64,000 bases of DNA from Candidatus Nomurabacteria bacterium RIFCSPHIGHO2_02_40_30 (GTDB lineage Bacteria > Patescibacteriota > Minisyncoccia > Phycocordibacterales > UBA9973). The notes beneath the pieces are model-generated. The model searched no databases. It had not been told where the DNA came from and saw nothing but the letters and a program-made list of their open reading frames with translations. A program made the position numbers and the translations under genes. Positions 9,505 through 19,999 of this stretch are shown here, one piece after another (position 1 is the first letter of the stretch; every line of letters begins with the position of its first letter). The stretch spans positions 159,859 to 223,858 of the forward strand of contig MFTV01000016.1 in the NCBI GenBank assembly GCA_001785445.1, in the 5' to 3' direction.

Positions 9505-12354
9505 ATGAAAAAATTTTTACCCTTCATTTTAATACTATTTATACTGGTAGGACTATTTAGCCCGATAGGGCAAGTCTATGCATCTCAGGCAAACCCGAAG
9601 GAAATCTGTAATGCTGACCTTAGTAATACTCCCTGTACTCCTGAATTTTGTTTCACCTCTGAGGGCGCAATTTATCGTAGCGGAATATCAAAAGCAAATT
9701 GCCCTACCACAGGAGGATATAATTGGGGAACTAGGGAGCAATATGGAAGAGGAACTGAAGCTCGCACTGCGGCAACTGATATAGTGCCAGGAGATACACC
9801 TGCATCCGGGGAGTCAGAATTTGAAAAAAATAGTGGAAGCTGTACAACCCTGGTGGCAGGGAACGTTGAAGATTGCATAGTTAAATTAATTTATTATATT
9901 TTTTATGTTATTCCGGCTTTCTTGCTAAGCCTAGCCGGAAAATTTTTTAATGTAATTATATCTCTTACACTAAGCAGTCTTTTATACACTTCGTCCCCTT
10001 TCATATCGGAAGCATGGGGAATTGTGCGCGACCTCTCAAATCTTTTCTTTATACTTATTCTGCTTTACATAGCTATAAGAACCATCCTAGGCATAGGGGG
10101 TTCAGATGTGAAAAAAATGATAGTGCAGGTAATAATTATGGCTTTGCTTATAAACTTTTCCATGTTCTTTTCTAAAATAATTATTGATTCTGCCAATATC
10201 TTGGCTTTGGTTTTTTATAATAAAATTAATGTGGAGACCACAGTAAATGGACAACGAAGAGATAATTTACCAACAATCAATCAATCCAAAACCGGAATAG
10301 AAGAAAAAGATGTTGCAGGAGGAATACTGTCTGCTTTCGACCCTACTAAATTATTATCCGCAGAGTTTTTTAAAAAAGCTAAGGAAAAAACCCAAGCAGT
10401 GGGTATGGGTGTTATAGGTACCGCTGCCTATGTGGCGGGCGGAGCGTATCTCGGAACATTTATTCCAGTACCAATATTGGGAACAGTAATAGGAGCTGCT
10501 GGAGGGTATGTAACGTCACAAGTAGTGGGCTTGTTTATAAGTACAGATAAAGTACCCCCGGGGCTGATGATTGGGATTATTCTTACTGCTGGCATGATGA
10601 TGCTTTTTGCAGCGTACGCATTTTTTATAGCCGGATTAGCTTTTATATCAAGACTAATTGAGCTTTGGGTTTTGATCATCTTCTCTCCTTTTGCTTTTAT
10701 GTCTTCAACGATACCGTTGTTTCAAAAGATTGAAGGCATAGGGTGGGATGAATGGATAAAACGCATCCTAAAATTATCGTTTATGGCGCCGATTTTTATG
10801 TTCTTTCTTTACTTAATATTCAAACTAGTATCGTTAGACATATTCAAAAGTCTTGCGGATAGAAGTTTCCCAGACCAAGGCACGCTTGAAGCTTTAGTGC
10901 TTATGATTATACCAGCAATGGTAATTTTAATTCTTCTCCATAAATCTACAGAGTACGCTAAAAAGGTATCGGGTGAGTTAGGGGGGATGGTTATAAAGGG
11001 CGCAAGCGTGGCGCTAGGAATTGCAGGTGGGTTAGCAATAGGTGGAATAGCTCAAGGTCTCCAAGCAACTGCTGGCAGGGCTGGCAATCTTCTTGCTAGT
11101 TCTGCAAGATTAAAGGAAATGGAAGGAAGAGAAGGTCCTGGTGTGCGTAATGCTTTTGCCAGGTTTGCTGGTGGAAGGTTGAGAACTATTGGCAATGTGG
11201 CTGCTGATAGTAACTTTGATGCAAGGAAGGGAGCAGTGGGCGCTGTCTTGGGTGCGGCAGAAGGAGTAACCGGACTACAATTTGGGAAAGCGTCTAAACT
11301 ATTAACAGGAAAAGACAGCTATAGACAAGATAGGAAAAAGAGAGACGAACAAAGAAGAAAGAGGGCTGAAGAACTAAAAGTAGGACCGGATGAAGCATTG
11401 ACGCAAAACTTGCGAAAAGTAGAAGGTGCTCATCAAGATCTTCTAGTAGACCAGATTACAGATGAAGATGGGCATAAACATGGAAACGCAGAGTACATTG
11501 AATTATTAGATACTAGAATTACAGCGCAAAGAGCAAGAGCAAATAATTATTCAGCAAGGTCAAGAGAAAATCCTACTGGAATTAACTCAGCTACTGGAAA
11601 TACTTACAAGAAAGATGCCCAAATCGCTCAAGATATTGCAGCAGATTCTGAAGGAGAAAGAAAAGCAATTAAGGATGCAGGAGTATTTATTTCATCAACA
11701 GGAAAGATACTTGATTACAGTCAAAATACAACAACCAAGCAAGTAACAGAAGAGACACGAAATAATGTAACTAGTCTTGCAGCCAATACAAAATCACAAG
11801 TAGATACAGCACTAAAGAATATCGAAAAAGAAGAAGCAGAAAACGCAGAGGCCATAAAGGGGGCCACAGAAGTCTTGTCAGAGGCAGAAAAAGCTAGAAA
11901 TACAGCAACACAAAAGGGTGATACTGAGGCTATAGCTAGAACAACGAAAGCATTAAGAGATGCTACTGCTAACTTAGAAAAAATTAAGACTGATGGAACT
12001 GAATCTATAGCTACGGCTAAGTCTGCTCATGAAAAAGCAATAGAAAGAGCCGCCAAAGCTACGGAAGCCCTAAAGAAGGTTGAGGACAATGTAGCTAAAA
12101 ATGGAGTTGGAGGTAGGTCAATAAATGACTTAGAAGATAAAGATATTCCACATGCTCACCATGCAGTAGAACGTTCAACTAAGAAGAGACAAAGAGGTTA
12201 TGCCGAAGGGCTTGAAAGCTCAAATCGTTTCTGGAGTGGAGGACAATATAATCCGACAAATATTGGCAGGGCGGAAGTTAATGAAACGGTTCATAATATA
12301 AGAATGAATGCAAAATTAGATAGTGGACATGGAGGAAAAGGAGGAGGACACTAA
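9505..12354 (+). CDS. Polytopic membrane protein, VirB6/TrbL-like, with a long coiled-coil tail
   Basis: WGIVRDLSNLFFILILLYIA, ALLINFSMFF..IIDSAN, RLIELWVLIIFSPFAF, APIFMFFLY; located upstream of prgI/virB4. Confidence 0.75.
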   Translation: MKKFLPFILILFILVGLFSPIGQVYASQANPKEICNADLSNTPCTPEFCFTSEGAIYRSGISKANCPTTGGYNWGTREQYGRGTEARTAATDIVPGDTPASGESEFEKNSGSCTTLVAGNVEDCIVKLIYYIFYVIPAFLLSLAGKFFNVIISLTLSSLLYTSSPFISEAWGIVRDLSNLFFILILLYIAIRTILGIGGSDVKKMIVQVIIMALLINFSMFFSKIIIDSANILALVFYNKINVETTVNGQRRDNLPTINQSKTGIEEKDVAGGILSAFDPTKLLSAEFFKKAKEKTQAVGMGVIGTAAYVAGGAYLGTFIPVPILGTVIGAAGGYVTSQVVGLFISTDKVPPGLMIGIILTAGMMMLFAAYAFFIAGLAFISRLIELWVLIIFSPFAFMSSTIPLFQKIEGIGWDEWIKRILKLSFMAPIFMFFLYLIFKLVSLDIFKSLADRSFPDQGTLEALVLMIIPAMVILILLHKSTEYAKKVSGELGGMVIKGASVALGIAGGLAIGGIAQGLQATAGRAGNLLASSARLKEMEGREGPGVRNAFARFAGGRLRTIGNVAADSNFDARKGAVGAVLGAAEGVTGLQFGKASKLLTGKDSYRQDRKKRDEQRRKRAEELKVGPDEALTQNLRKVEGAHQDLLVDQITDEDGHKHGNAEYIELLDTRITAQRARANNYSARSRENPTGINSATGNTYKKDAQIAQDIAADSEGERKAIKDAGVFISSTGKILDYSQNTTTKQVTEETRNNVTSLAANTKSQVDTALKNIEKEEAENAEAIKGATEVLSEAEKARNTATQKGDTEAIARTTKALRDATANLEKIKTDGTESIATAKSAHEKAIERAAKATEALKKVEDNVAKNGVGGRSINDLEDKDIPHAHHAVERSTKKRQRGYAEGLESSNRFWSGGQYNPTNIGRAEVNETVHNIRMNAKLDSGHGGKGGGH

Positions 12355-12397
12355 GTAGTTAAAAAATAGAAAGTTATAAAGTTTATAAAGAAAAAAC

Positions 12398-12913
12398 ATG
12401 ACTGATAAATTACAAAAAATAATTAAAGAAGAAGTGGCAAAATTGCCAAAAGATGCGCAAGATGCGATTAACGCTTTTGATTGGGCAAAAGCTGTGGAAG
12501 AAATTGGAAGTAAACACTTATTGGATGAAAGTGAAGTGAATGATTTTCAGGTGGAAACTCTATTAGTTTTAGTGGGGCTGATTGATCCGCAATTTTACCC
12601 AGTCAATATTGAAAACCACGTGGGCACTACTAAAGATAGCGCCACTAAAATGGCTGACGAGGCATATGAGAAAGTATTTACCCCCATAAGTAATACTATA
12701 GAAGAAAATATTAAGAAAAATTTAAAAAACAAAAAACCAAATGCGACGCAGACGCTAAATTTTATTCTCTCCGGCGGAGATTATTCTACTTTTGTTGCTC
12801 CCTCTCCTTCACAAGGAGAGGGTCGAGGTGAGGTGCATCCCACTCCTCCCAGCCTTGCAGACATCCAAGCTAATATGAATAAAACAAGTTTAAAAGATAA
12901 GTTAGTAATATAA
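12398..12913 (+). CDS. Hypothetical protein (paralog of the 12922 gene)
   Basis: LPKDAQDAINAFDW..ETLLVLVGL aligns with LPGDTQSAIAAVDW..ETELVLCGL. Confidence 0.8.
   Translation: MTDKLQKIIKEEVAKLPKDAQDAINAFDWAKAVEEIGSKHLLDESEVNDFQVETLLVLVGLIDPQFYPVNIENHVGTTKDSATKMADEAYEKVFTPISNTIEENIKKNLKNKKPNATQTLNFILSGGDYSTFVAPSPSQGEGRGEVHPTPPSLADIQANMNKTSLKDKLVI
12800..12833 (+). repeat. REP-like palindrome in frame (peptide PSPSQGEGRGEV)
   Basis: ccctctcctt-cac-aaggagaggg followed by tcgaggtgagg. Confidence 0.65.
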
Positions 12914-12921
12914 TCCCATAT

Positions 12922-13590
12922 ATGAATGATGTCATAGATTTATTACAAATAAAGATTGAAAAAGCCAAACGGGAATTGCCGGGGGACACCCAGAGTGCCA
13001 TTGCGGCTGTTGATTGGAGAGCGGCCATCTTGGGACTGCGCGCCAAATACGGCTATAATTTTGAACAGCTGGGAGACCTGGAGCTTGAAACAGAATTAGT
13101 GCTTTGCGGACTTTTATCTCCGGAGAATTATCCCAAAGAATTATCCAAGCGCATGGGAATTTCCAAAGCCCAAGTAGATGAACTGGTAAATGAAATGAAT
13201 ATGTCTGTTTTTGCAAAAATACGTGAAGAATTAATAAAAAATACCGAAAGAAGAAAAATATTCGCGAAGAATAAGGTTGTAACAAAAACTTTGGATAAAG
13301 TAAAACCAATCGAGCCCCCTCGAGTAGTTACTCTTAAAGATATCACTACTCCACCTCGGCCTCTAATAACCAAAGACGAAGGGAATAAACTGCCAGTACC
13401 GGAAAAATTAGAAATAAAGGGAGACGTAAAACCTATATTTGAACAAAAGTTGTCCAGTAGTTTTCAAATACCCACGATAAAAACAGATCACTCCTTAAAT
13501 AATATTTCCAAGCCTGCCGTCTCCGCTTCTGGGACAGCTTCCGCAGCTTATCCGCCCAAAGCCGACCCTTATCGTCTACCACCCGAGTAA
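12922..13590 (+). CDS. Hypothetical protein, C-terminus DPYRLPPE
   Basis: 222-aa ORF; N-terminal domain homologous to the 12398 gene. Confidence 0.8.
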   Translation: MNDVIDLLQIKIEKAKRELPGDTQSAIAAVDWRAAILGLRAKYGYNFEQLGDLELETELVLCGLLSPENYPKELSKRMGISKAQVDELVNEMNMSVFAKIREELIKNTERRKIFAKNKVVTKTLDKVKPIEPPRVVTLKDITTPPRPLITKDEGNKLPVPEKLEIKGDVKPIFEQKLSSSFQIPTIKTDHSLNNISKPAVSASGTASAAYPPKADPYRLPPE

Positions 13591-13602
13591 AATATAAGAA
13601 AT

Positions 13603-14034
13603 ATGCAATTCAAAGTACCACAATTTTTAGACATAGAAGACAAAATTTTCGGCCCTTTTACTTTTAGGGAGTTCATTTACTTGGCCGGTGGCGCAGGGTT
13701 GTGTTTTGTGCTTTATAGATTATTGGGATTTTACTTAGGGGCTATACCAATTCTCGCCATGGCAGCGCTGGCGCTGGCGCTTACTTTCTACAAGCCTAAC
13801 AACAAGCCATTTATAAATATGATTGAAGCTGGACTCAAATACATGACTCAAGACAAGCTGTATGTGTGGAAAAAACCAGAAGCCAGACTAAATACCAAAG
13901 AGCAAAACAAAGTAGTAAGTGAAGAAAAAGGAATACCAAAGCCAAATGAAGAAATAAGACTAAGTGGAAGCAAGTTACGGGACTTAGCTTGGAGTCTGGA
14001 TGTAATGGATTTAAACCAGCATGCAGATAAATGA
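13603..14034 (+). CDS. prgI: PrgI-family (VirB3-like) membrane protein
   Basis: MQFKVPQFLDIEDKIFGPFTFREF; two TM helices; upstream of VirB4. Confidence 0.85.
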   Translation: MQFKVPQFLDIEDKIFGPFTFREFIYLAGGAGLCFVLYRLLGFYLGAIPILAMAALALALTFYKPNNKPFINMIEAGLKYMTQDKLYVWKKPEARLNTKEQNKVVSEEKGIPKPNEEIRLSGSKLRDLAWSLDVMDLNQHADK

Positions 14035-14045
14035 TATAAAAATAT

Positions 14046-14684
14046 ATGGCATTAAATGCAAAAGCAACTCAAGAGTTTGTCCCAATCAAGGAAGTACGTG
14101 ATGGCATCATCGTCCTAAAAGACGGCGGACTTCGGGCCATAATATTGGCGAATTCCACCAATTTATCCTTGAAGTCAGACGACGAACAAAAAGCGACAAT
14201 ACTTCAGTTTCAAAACTTTTTAAATACTTTGGATTTTTCTATTCAAATATCAGTGCAGTCAAGGAGGCTGGACATTCGGCCGTATCTTTTGCTTTTGGAA
14301 AATAGAATAAAATTACAAAATGAACCATTGCTTAAGTTGCAAACCAAAGAATACATAGAGTTTATTAGAAATTTTACCGATACGGTAAGCATAATGACCA
14401 AGAGTTTCTTTGTGGTGGTGCCGTACACGCACACTGTGCTAAAATCAGACACCGGCATTCTCGGGGGGCTCTTTTCCCGAAAAAACAAAGAAGAAATTAA
14501 GATTGCCAAACAAGAAGACTTCGAAGAAAAAAGATCGCAGCTGGAAGAGCGAGTAAGCGTCATCCAACAAGGTCTTAACCGTTGCGGTATAAAGTCGGCT
14601 CAACTAGGAACCGAAGAAATTGTGGAATTATTTTACAAGGTTTTTAACCCTGGGGAGTTGGAAGGTAAAATTAAGATGGAATAG
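14046..14684 (+). CDS. TraC/VirB4 N-terminal-like accessory protein
   Basis: ATQEFVPIKEVRDG, NLSLKSDDEQ, FQNFLNTLDFSIQI; between prgI and virB4. Confidence 0.75.
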   Translation: MALNAKATQEFVPIKEVRDGIIVLKDGGLRAIILANSTNLSLKSDDEQKATILQFQNFLNTLDFSIQISVQSRRLDIRPYLLLLENRIKLQNEPLLKLQTKEYIEFIRNFTDTVSIMTKSFFVVVPYTHTVLKSDTGILGGLFSRKNKEEIKIAKQEDFEEKRSQLEERVSVIQQGLNRCGIKSAQLGTEEIVELFYKVFNPGELEGKIKME

Positions 14685-14801
14685 TCCCGTTAGAAGCCGC
14701 GGTCGCAGTTTAATATATAATATGTTAATAGAAAATATAAAATTTAATAACTTAATCAAGCATAGTCTCGGTCTGATGACCGCGACCTGCTTCTAACGGG
14801 A
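14685..14801. repeat. Palindromic mini-element (family C) filling the spacer before virB4
   Basis: Perfect 13-bp IR tcccgttagaagc/gcttctaacggga, inner cgcggtc/gaccgcg, AT-rich interior; last base is the A of the ATG. Confidence 0.85.
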
Positions 14802-16687
14802 TGGGAATCTTACAAAAGTGGTTTGGAAAAAAAAATAATGACGTAAACAGTAGTTCCGCGGGAAGGGGTGGGATGCAAGCGTCTACTCTCCCAGTGGTGC
14901 CGGAAGAGATTTACAAAAAAGCCAGTCTGGAATTCCAAGACATCATTGCGCCGTCGGCGCTTAAAATTGACTCGAAGTCTATAAGTTTGGGAGATAAAAT
15001 CGCCCGTACTTTCTTCATCATATCTTATCCTAGATTTTTGACCGATAATTGGTTTTCTCCGATAATTAATTTGGATAAAGTTTTCGATATTTCACTTTTT
15101 ATTCACCCGATAGATACTTCTCTGATGCTGCGGCAGTTCCAGAAAAAAGTAGCTGAAGTGCAAAGCCAAATAAATGTACGTGAAAGCAAGGGCATGGTTC
15201 GCGACCCCATGCTCGACACCGCCTACCAAGACTTGGAAGGCCTGCGAGATAACCTGATTCAAGCCCAACAGAAAATGTTCGATGTCGGCATTTACATTAC
15301 CATTTATGCCGACAATGAAATGGACCTATTCAAGCTAGAAAATGAAATCAAGTCAATGCTGGAGTCAAAGCTAATATACATCAAGCCAGCTCTGTTCCAA
15401 CAAGAAGATGGTTTTAAGAGCGTCATACCGATAGAAAATGACCTGTTAGGCATTAATCAAAAATTAAATTCGGAGCCGCTTTCAAGCGTGTTTCCATTTA
15501 TTTCTTTCGACCTAACCTCTGACAGAGGAATACTCTATGGCATCAACAGGCATAACTCCAGCCTGGTTATTTTCGACCGGTTTTCTCTGGAAAACTACAA
15601 CTCGGTAACCTTCGCCAAAGCAGGGTCCGGCAAATCATATGCGACCAAACTCGAAATTCTAAGGTCCCTAATGTTTGACATCGATGTTATCGTTATTGAT
15701 CCGGAAAGGGAATATGAATTTCTTTCCGAGGCTGTCGGGGGGAGGTATTTTAATATATCTCTTTCTTCCGACCACCACATCAATCCATTTGACTTGCCAA
15801 TACCGCGCGAAGACGAAACCGCCGAGGATGTTTTGCGATCAAATATTATAAACTTAGTCGGGCTTTTCCGGCTTATGCTCGGCGGGTTGACTCCGGAAGA
15901 AGACTCAATCGTAGATAAGGCTATTTCAGAAACTTATGCCATCAAAGATATCACTCCGGAGTCGGATTTTTCGAATATTGAACCGCCGCTCCTTTCGGAC
16001 TTTGAAATGGTGCTCTCTGGCATGGAAGGCAGCGATTCGATCGTGGTGCGTTTGGCAAAATATACCAAAGGCTCTTGGGCGACATTTCTAAACAGACCGT
16101 CAAATGTGGATATAAATAAAAAATTCGTTGTTTTTTCCGTTCGAGACATGGAAGACGAATTAAAACCGGTGGCCATGTATATAATCATGCATTATATATG
16201 GAATGCCATACGCAAAAATTTGAAGAAACGTTTACTGGTGGTGGATGAAGCATGGTGGATGATGAAGTCTGAAGATACCGCTTCATTCTTGTATTCCTTG
16301 GCTAAAAGAGGAAGAAAATACTACCTTGGGCTTGCTACTATCACTCAAGATGCGGCGGACTTTATGAATTCTCCGTATGGGGTGCCGATAATCACTAACT
16401 CCTCTATTCAACTTCTCCTGAAACAGTCTCCGACCACTATTGATATTTTACAAAAAACTTTCAACCTGACCGATGAAGAAAAGTACCTGCTTTTGGAGTC
16501 GGGCGTGGGCGAAGGGATATTCTTTGCGGGGCTGAAACATGTGGCCATTAAAATAATCGCTTCTTATACCGAAGACCAAATCATTACCTCTGACCCATCG
16601 CAAATATTATCAAACAGAAAAGCTAAAGAAGATTTTGAAAAAGGAGAAATGGCGCCTGCCAACCCTCCGGAAAAAGTGTTACAATAA
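14801..16687 (+). CDS. virB4: VirB4-like secretion/conjugation ATPase
   Basis: Walker A AKAGSGKS, VIDPEREY, INPFD, LVVDEAW, KRGRKY..ITQD. Confidence 0.92.
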   Translation: MGILQKWFGKKNNDVNSSSAGRGGMQASTLPVVPEEIYKKASLEFQDIIAPSALKIDSKSISLGDKIARTFFIISYPRFLTDNWFSPIINLDKVFDISLFIHPIDTSLMLRQFQKKVAEVQSQINVRESKGMVRDPMLDTAYQDLEGLRDNLIQAQQKMFDVGIYITIYADNEMDLFKLENEIKSMLESKLIYIKPALFQQEDGFKSVIPIENDLLGINQKLNSEPLSSVFPFISFDLTSDRGILYGINRHNSSLVIFDRFSLENYNSVTFAKAGSGKSYATKLEILRSLMFDIDVIVIDPEREYEFLSEAVGGRYFNISLSSDHHINPFDLPIPREDETAEDVLRSNIINLVGLFRLMLGGLTPEEDSIVDKAISETYAIKDITPESDFSNIEPPLLSDFEMVLSGMEGSDSIVVRLAKYTKGSWATFLNRPSNVDINKKFVVFSVRDMEDELKPVAMYIIMHYIWNAIRKNLKKRLLVVDEAWWMMKSEDTASFLYSLAKRGRKYYLGLATITQDAADFMNSPYGVPIITNSSIQLLLKQSPTTIDILQKTFNLTDEEKYLLLESGVGEGIFFAGLKHVAIKIIASYTEDQIITSDPSQILSNRKAKEDFEKGEMAPANPPEKVLQ

Positions 16688-16691
16688 TGTT

Positions 16692-17678
16692 ATGAAATTT
16701 AGACTTTTATTGCCATATTTTCTTACAGCATTTCTGGTGTTTTGCGTTGTCCAGCCTATTGAGATATTTGCCGCCTCCAGTAGCAACATCTTGGTTGATG
16801 TTACACCTTCAAATCCTGCTCCAAACGAAGATACTACTATTACCTTGAGCAGTTATGCGAATAATTTAGACAGTGTTTTGATACAATGGTCTGTTGACGG
16901 TAAAAATGTTTCTTCGGGTATTGGCCAAAAGTCTTTTTCTTTAATGGCGCCGGCGTCAGGCTCACAGGCAGTTATCTTGGCTCGAATATCTTTGCCGGAC
17001 GGTGAATTAGAAAAAAGAATAATTATTAGGCCTTCCGTCATGGTATTGCTCTCCCAGGCGAATGATTCTTACGTTCCTCCATTTTACAAAGGCAAAGCGT
17101 TGCCTACGGCCGACAGCGAAATAAAAGTAGTGGCTATGCCGGAAATAAAAATAAATTCTACATTGGTAGATGCTAAAAATCTGACCTATGCATGGAAAAA
17201 AGATTATACTAATATGCCGGGAGAGTCAGGCTACGGCAAGAATTCTTTTGTCTATGTCAATGATTACTTGGAAGATTCCAGCAATATCAGCGTAACAGTC
17301 TCAACTGTCAACCAGGATTTTTCTGTAGATGGAAATATAAATATAGGAATGTCAATTCCAAAAATAAATTTTTATAAAAACGACAACACTTTAGGAACTA
17401 TTTGGGACATTGCCTTGTCCGATCCTTACCAAATCCAAGGACCAGAAACAATAGTAGCCGTACCTTATTTTATTTCACCGAAAGAAATACAGAACCCTAG
17501 ACTAGTATGGAATTGGTCCATTAATGATAGTATTATCAATATACTGGGCTTTAAGAAAAATGTAATACCACTGCAACCGCAGAGTGGCGCATCTGGAACA
17601 TCCAAGTTGAAACTTGAAGTTGAAAACATGGATAAAATCTTTCAAACAGTAAGCAAAACTATGAGCGTAGAATTTTAA
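16692..17678 (+). CDS. Secreted Ig-like hypothetical protein
   Basis: Signal peptide; beta-rich; SYVPPFYKGKALP; start moved to ATG 16692. Confidence 0.75.
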   Translation: MKFRLLLPYFLTAFLVFCVVQPIEIFAASSSNILVDVTPSNPAPNEDTTITLSSYANNLDSVLIQWSVDGKNVSSGIGQKSFSLMAPASGSQAVILARISLPDGELEKRIIIRPSVMVLLSQANDSYVPPFYKGKALPTADSEIKVVAMPEIKINSTLVDAKNLTYAWKKDYTNMPGESGYGKNSFVYVNDYLEDSSNISVTVSTVNQDFSVDGNINIGMSIPKINFYKNDNTLGTIWDIALSDPYQIQGPETIVAVPYFISPKEIQNPRLVWNWSINDSIINILGFKKNVIPLQPQSGASGTSKLKLEVENMDKIFQTVSKTMSVEF

Positions 17679-17681
17679 AAT

Positions 17682-18674
17682 ATGAAAAAATTAGGTAAAA
17701 TAATAATAATTTTAACTTATGTAAGTTTTGTCCTGACGGGTGTTTTTATGCCATTAAATTTTAGTTTTGCTCAAACTGGGGGAGCAACTGGTTCGTTTGA
17801 TGATCCCAGATGTACTCCTCCACAAGTTATAAAAGACGGTAAATGTGTTACGCCAACAAGTACCCCTTACCAACTTTTAGCCCCAATCAAGATCTCACAG
17901 GGTCAAAATCTTGTAAATTTTGATCCTGGGGATAATAACGCATTGGGCAGATACCTGAATATAATGATAAAGCTAATAATAGGTCTGTCTGCTGTTATGG
18001 CAGTAGTGATGATAGTGATAGGTGGCATGGAGTATATGACCAGCGAGCTTGTCTCAAGTAAAGAAGCAGGTAAGGAAAGAATCAGAGACGCCCTTCTCGG
18101 ACTTGTTATAGCCTTAGGCGCCTATGCTTTGCTTTTTACCATAAATCCAGATTTGCTTAGTACTGATATAAATATAGATCCAGCAACTATTCAAGTGGTT
18201 TTGCAAGAAGATAGAGATGGTAGTCCGCCCAGCCTTAGTCCATTTACTGGAGCTTTACCTACTGGAGCCGTGGCTGGCTGTCAAGAAGGAGTAGTAAAAT
18301 CTGCTTCTACTGGAATTGTTGCCTGCAGTAACATCAGTGGTAATATTGACCAAATGGTTGCCGCTGCCAGACAAGCTAGTTTAGTAATATGGGCTGGAGG
18401 ATTCAGAACAGCTGCGCAACAAACAGCATTAAGGCAGCAACACTGCAATGGAAATGTGTCTGACCCAAGGGCACCATGTAACCCACCTACTGCTGTCCCG
18501 GGAACATCAAGGCACGAAAGTGGTCTAGCTTTAGACTTAACTTGTAACGGAACAACAATTCAATCACCTAGTAATGCTTGTTTCATATGGTTAAGAAATA
18601 ATGCTTCAAGGTATGGATTTCAAAACCTAATAGGTGGTACTGAACCTTGGCATTGGTCAACTGATGGGCATTAA
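17682..18674 (+). CDS. T4SS-pilin-like membrane domain fused to an M15B (VanY-like) D,D-carboxypeptidase
   Basis: Hydrophobic hairpin AVVMIVIGGMEYM..KERIRDALLGL..INPDL; M15 motifs GFRT..QQ, PGTSRHESGLALD, EPWHW. Confidence 0.82.
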   Translation: MKKLGKIIIILTYVSFVLTGVFMPLNFSFAQTGGATGSFDDPRCTPPQVIKDGKCVTPTSTPYQLLAPIKISQGQNLVNFDPGDNNALGRYLNIMIKLIIGLSAVMAVVMIVIGGMEYMTSELVSSKEAGKERIRDALLGLVIALGAYALLFTINPDLLSTDINIDPATIQVVLQEDRDGSPPSLSPFTGALPTGAVAGCQEGVVKSASTGIVACSNISGNIDQMVAAARQASLVIWAGGFRTAAQQTALRQQHCNGNVSDPRAPCNPPTAVPGTSRHESGLALDLTCNGTTIQSPSNACFIWLRNNASRYGFQNLIGGTEPWHWSTDGH

Positions 18675-18685
18675 AAATAAATTTT

Positions 18686-19999
18686 ATGTCAAAAAGAAAT
18701 TTCGTACTTTTAGTAATAATCTTGAGCCTCGTGGTAGTTGTGGCTTTTGGATTTTTATATTTTCGCCAACCCGCAGATATTACCAGTGGCGATACGGAAG
18801 GCACCAATTTTTTCTCACAATTTAATCCATTTGGCGGTACTGGCACAAGCAAGCCTCCAGTCACCAAGCCCCCAGTTGATGTTTCAGGGTATGTTCCTCC
18901 CACAGGAGAAGAAATACAGGATGCAAAATTAAAAAAGGTTTCCAGCATGCCCATAGCCGGTTTTACCGTGTTTACTAAAGAAAGAATAAAAGAAACAGCA
19001 TTAGTTACAGGACCCGAAGGGGCGGATACTAAAACGGGCACACCAAAAACTGAATTTGTATTAGCTTTAAGATACGTAGAGAAATCTAACGGTATTATTT
19101 ACCAGACTTTTGCGGACAAAATAGAAGAAAGAAAATTTTCTAAAACTATAATACCTAAGATATATGATGCCTACTTCGGCAGTCATGGGGAGTCTGTTAT
19201 TATGCGCTATCTAAAAGCAGATGACCAAACCATAGAAACTTTTGTCGGCAATTTGCCGAAAGAAAATCTTGGTTCGCCTCTCGGTGGAGAAAATGAGTTA
19301 AAAGGGTCTTTTTTGCCGGTAAATATTAAAGATGTAAGCATATCACCTGATACTCTCAAAGCTTTCTACTTGTTCAGCACTGGAGAGAACATGGTGGGGA
19401 CAGTCCTAAATTTTTCAACTAATAAAAAGATTCAAATTTTCGATTCTCCTTTTACAGAGTGGCTTTCTTGGTGGCCTAATGAAAAAATAATAACTCTTAC
19501 GACTAAGCCTTCAGCACTGGCGCTGGGGTACGTATACGGTTTTGACCAAAATGGCAAAAACTTTAGTAATATTTTAGGAAATATAAATGGACTCACAACA
19601 CTTACAAGTCCTAATGGAAAGTTAATTCTTTACGGTGACAGCAGTTTGGCAGTGGGAGTGTATCACACAGATACCAGAATTTCTGATTTTTTAGGGGTAA
19701 AGACTTTGCCGGAAAAATGTGTCTGGAGCGGAGGCAGTGATTTTGTTTATTGCGCTGTGCCAAAGTTAACAGGCTTTGGTTTATATCCGGACTCTTGGTA
19801 TCAAGGGGAGGTGTCATTTTCTGACCAGATCTGGAAAGTGGATATAAAAACTGGCAACGGAGTAATGATATTAGACCCAGTCACAGTTTTGGGTGGCGAA
19901 GATGTTGACGGAATCAAGTTAACAGTTGACCAAGGTGAAAACTACTTATTTTTTGTTAATAAAAAAGACTCTTTTTTATGGGAGTTATCGCTTAAATAG
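18686..19999 (+). CDS. Membrane-anchored beta-propeller-like hypothetical protein
   Basis: N-terminal TM helix; SPDT/SPNG repeats; TLPEKCVW, YCAVP, PDSWYQG. Confidence 0.75.
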   Translation: MSKRNFVLLVIILSLVVVVAFGFLYFRQPADITSGDTEGTNFFSQFNPFGGTGTSKPPVTKPPVDVSGYVPPTGEEIQDAKLKKVSSMPIAGFTVFTKERIKETALVTGPEGADTKTGTPKTEFVLALRYVEKSNGIIYQTFADKIEERKFSKTIIPKIYDAYFGSHGESVIMRYLKADDQTIETFVGNLPKENLGSPLGGENELKGSFLPVNIKDVSISPDTLKAFYLFSTGENMVGTVLNFSTNKKIQIFDSPFTEWLSWWPNEKIITLTTKPSALALGYVYGFDQNGKNFSNILGNINGLTTLTSPNGKLILYGDSSLAVGVYHTDTRISDFLGVKTLPEKCVWSGGSDFVYCAVPKLTGFGLYPDSWYQGEVSFSDQIWKVDIKTGNGVMILDPVTVLGGEDVDGIKLTVDQGENYLFFVNKKDSFLWELSLK

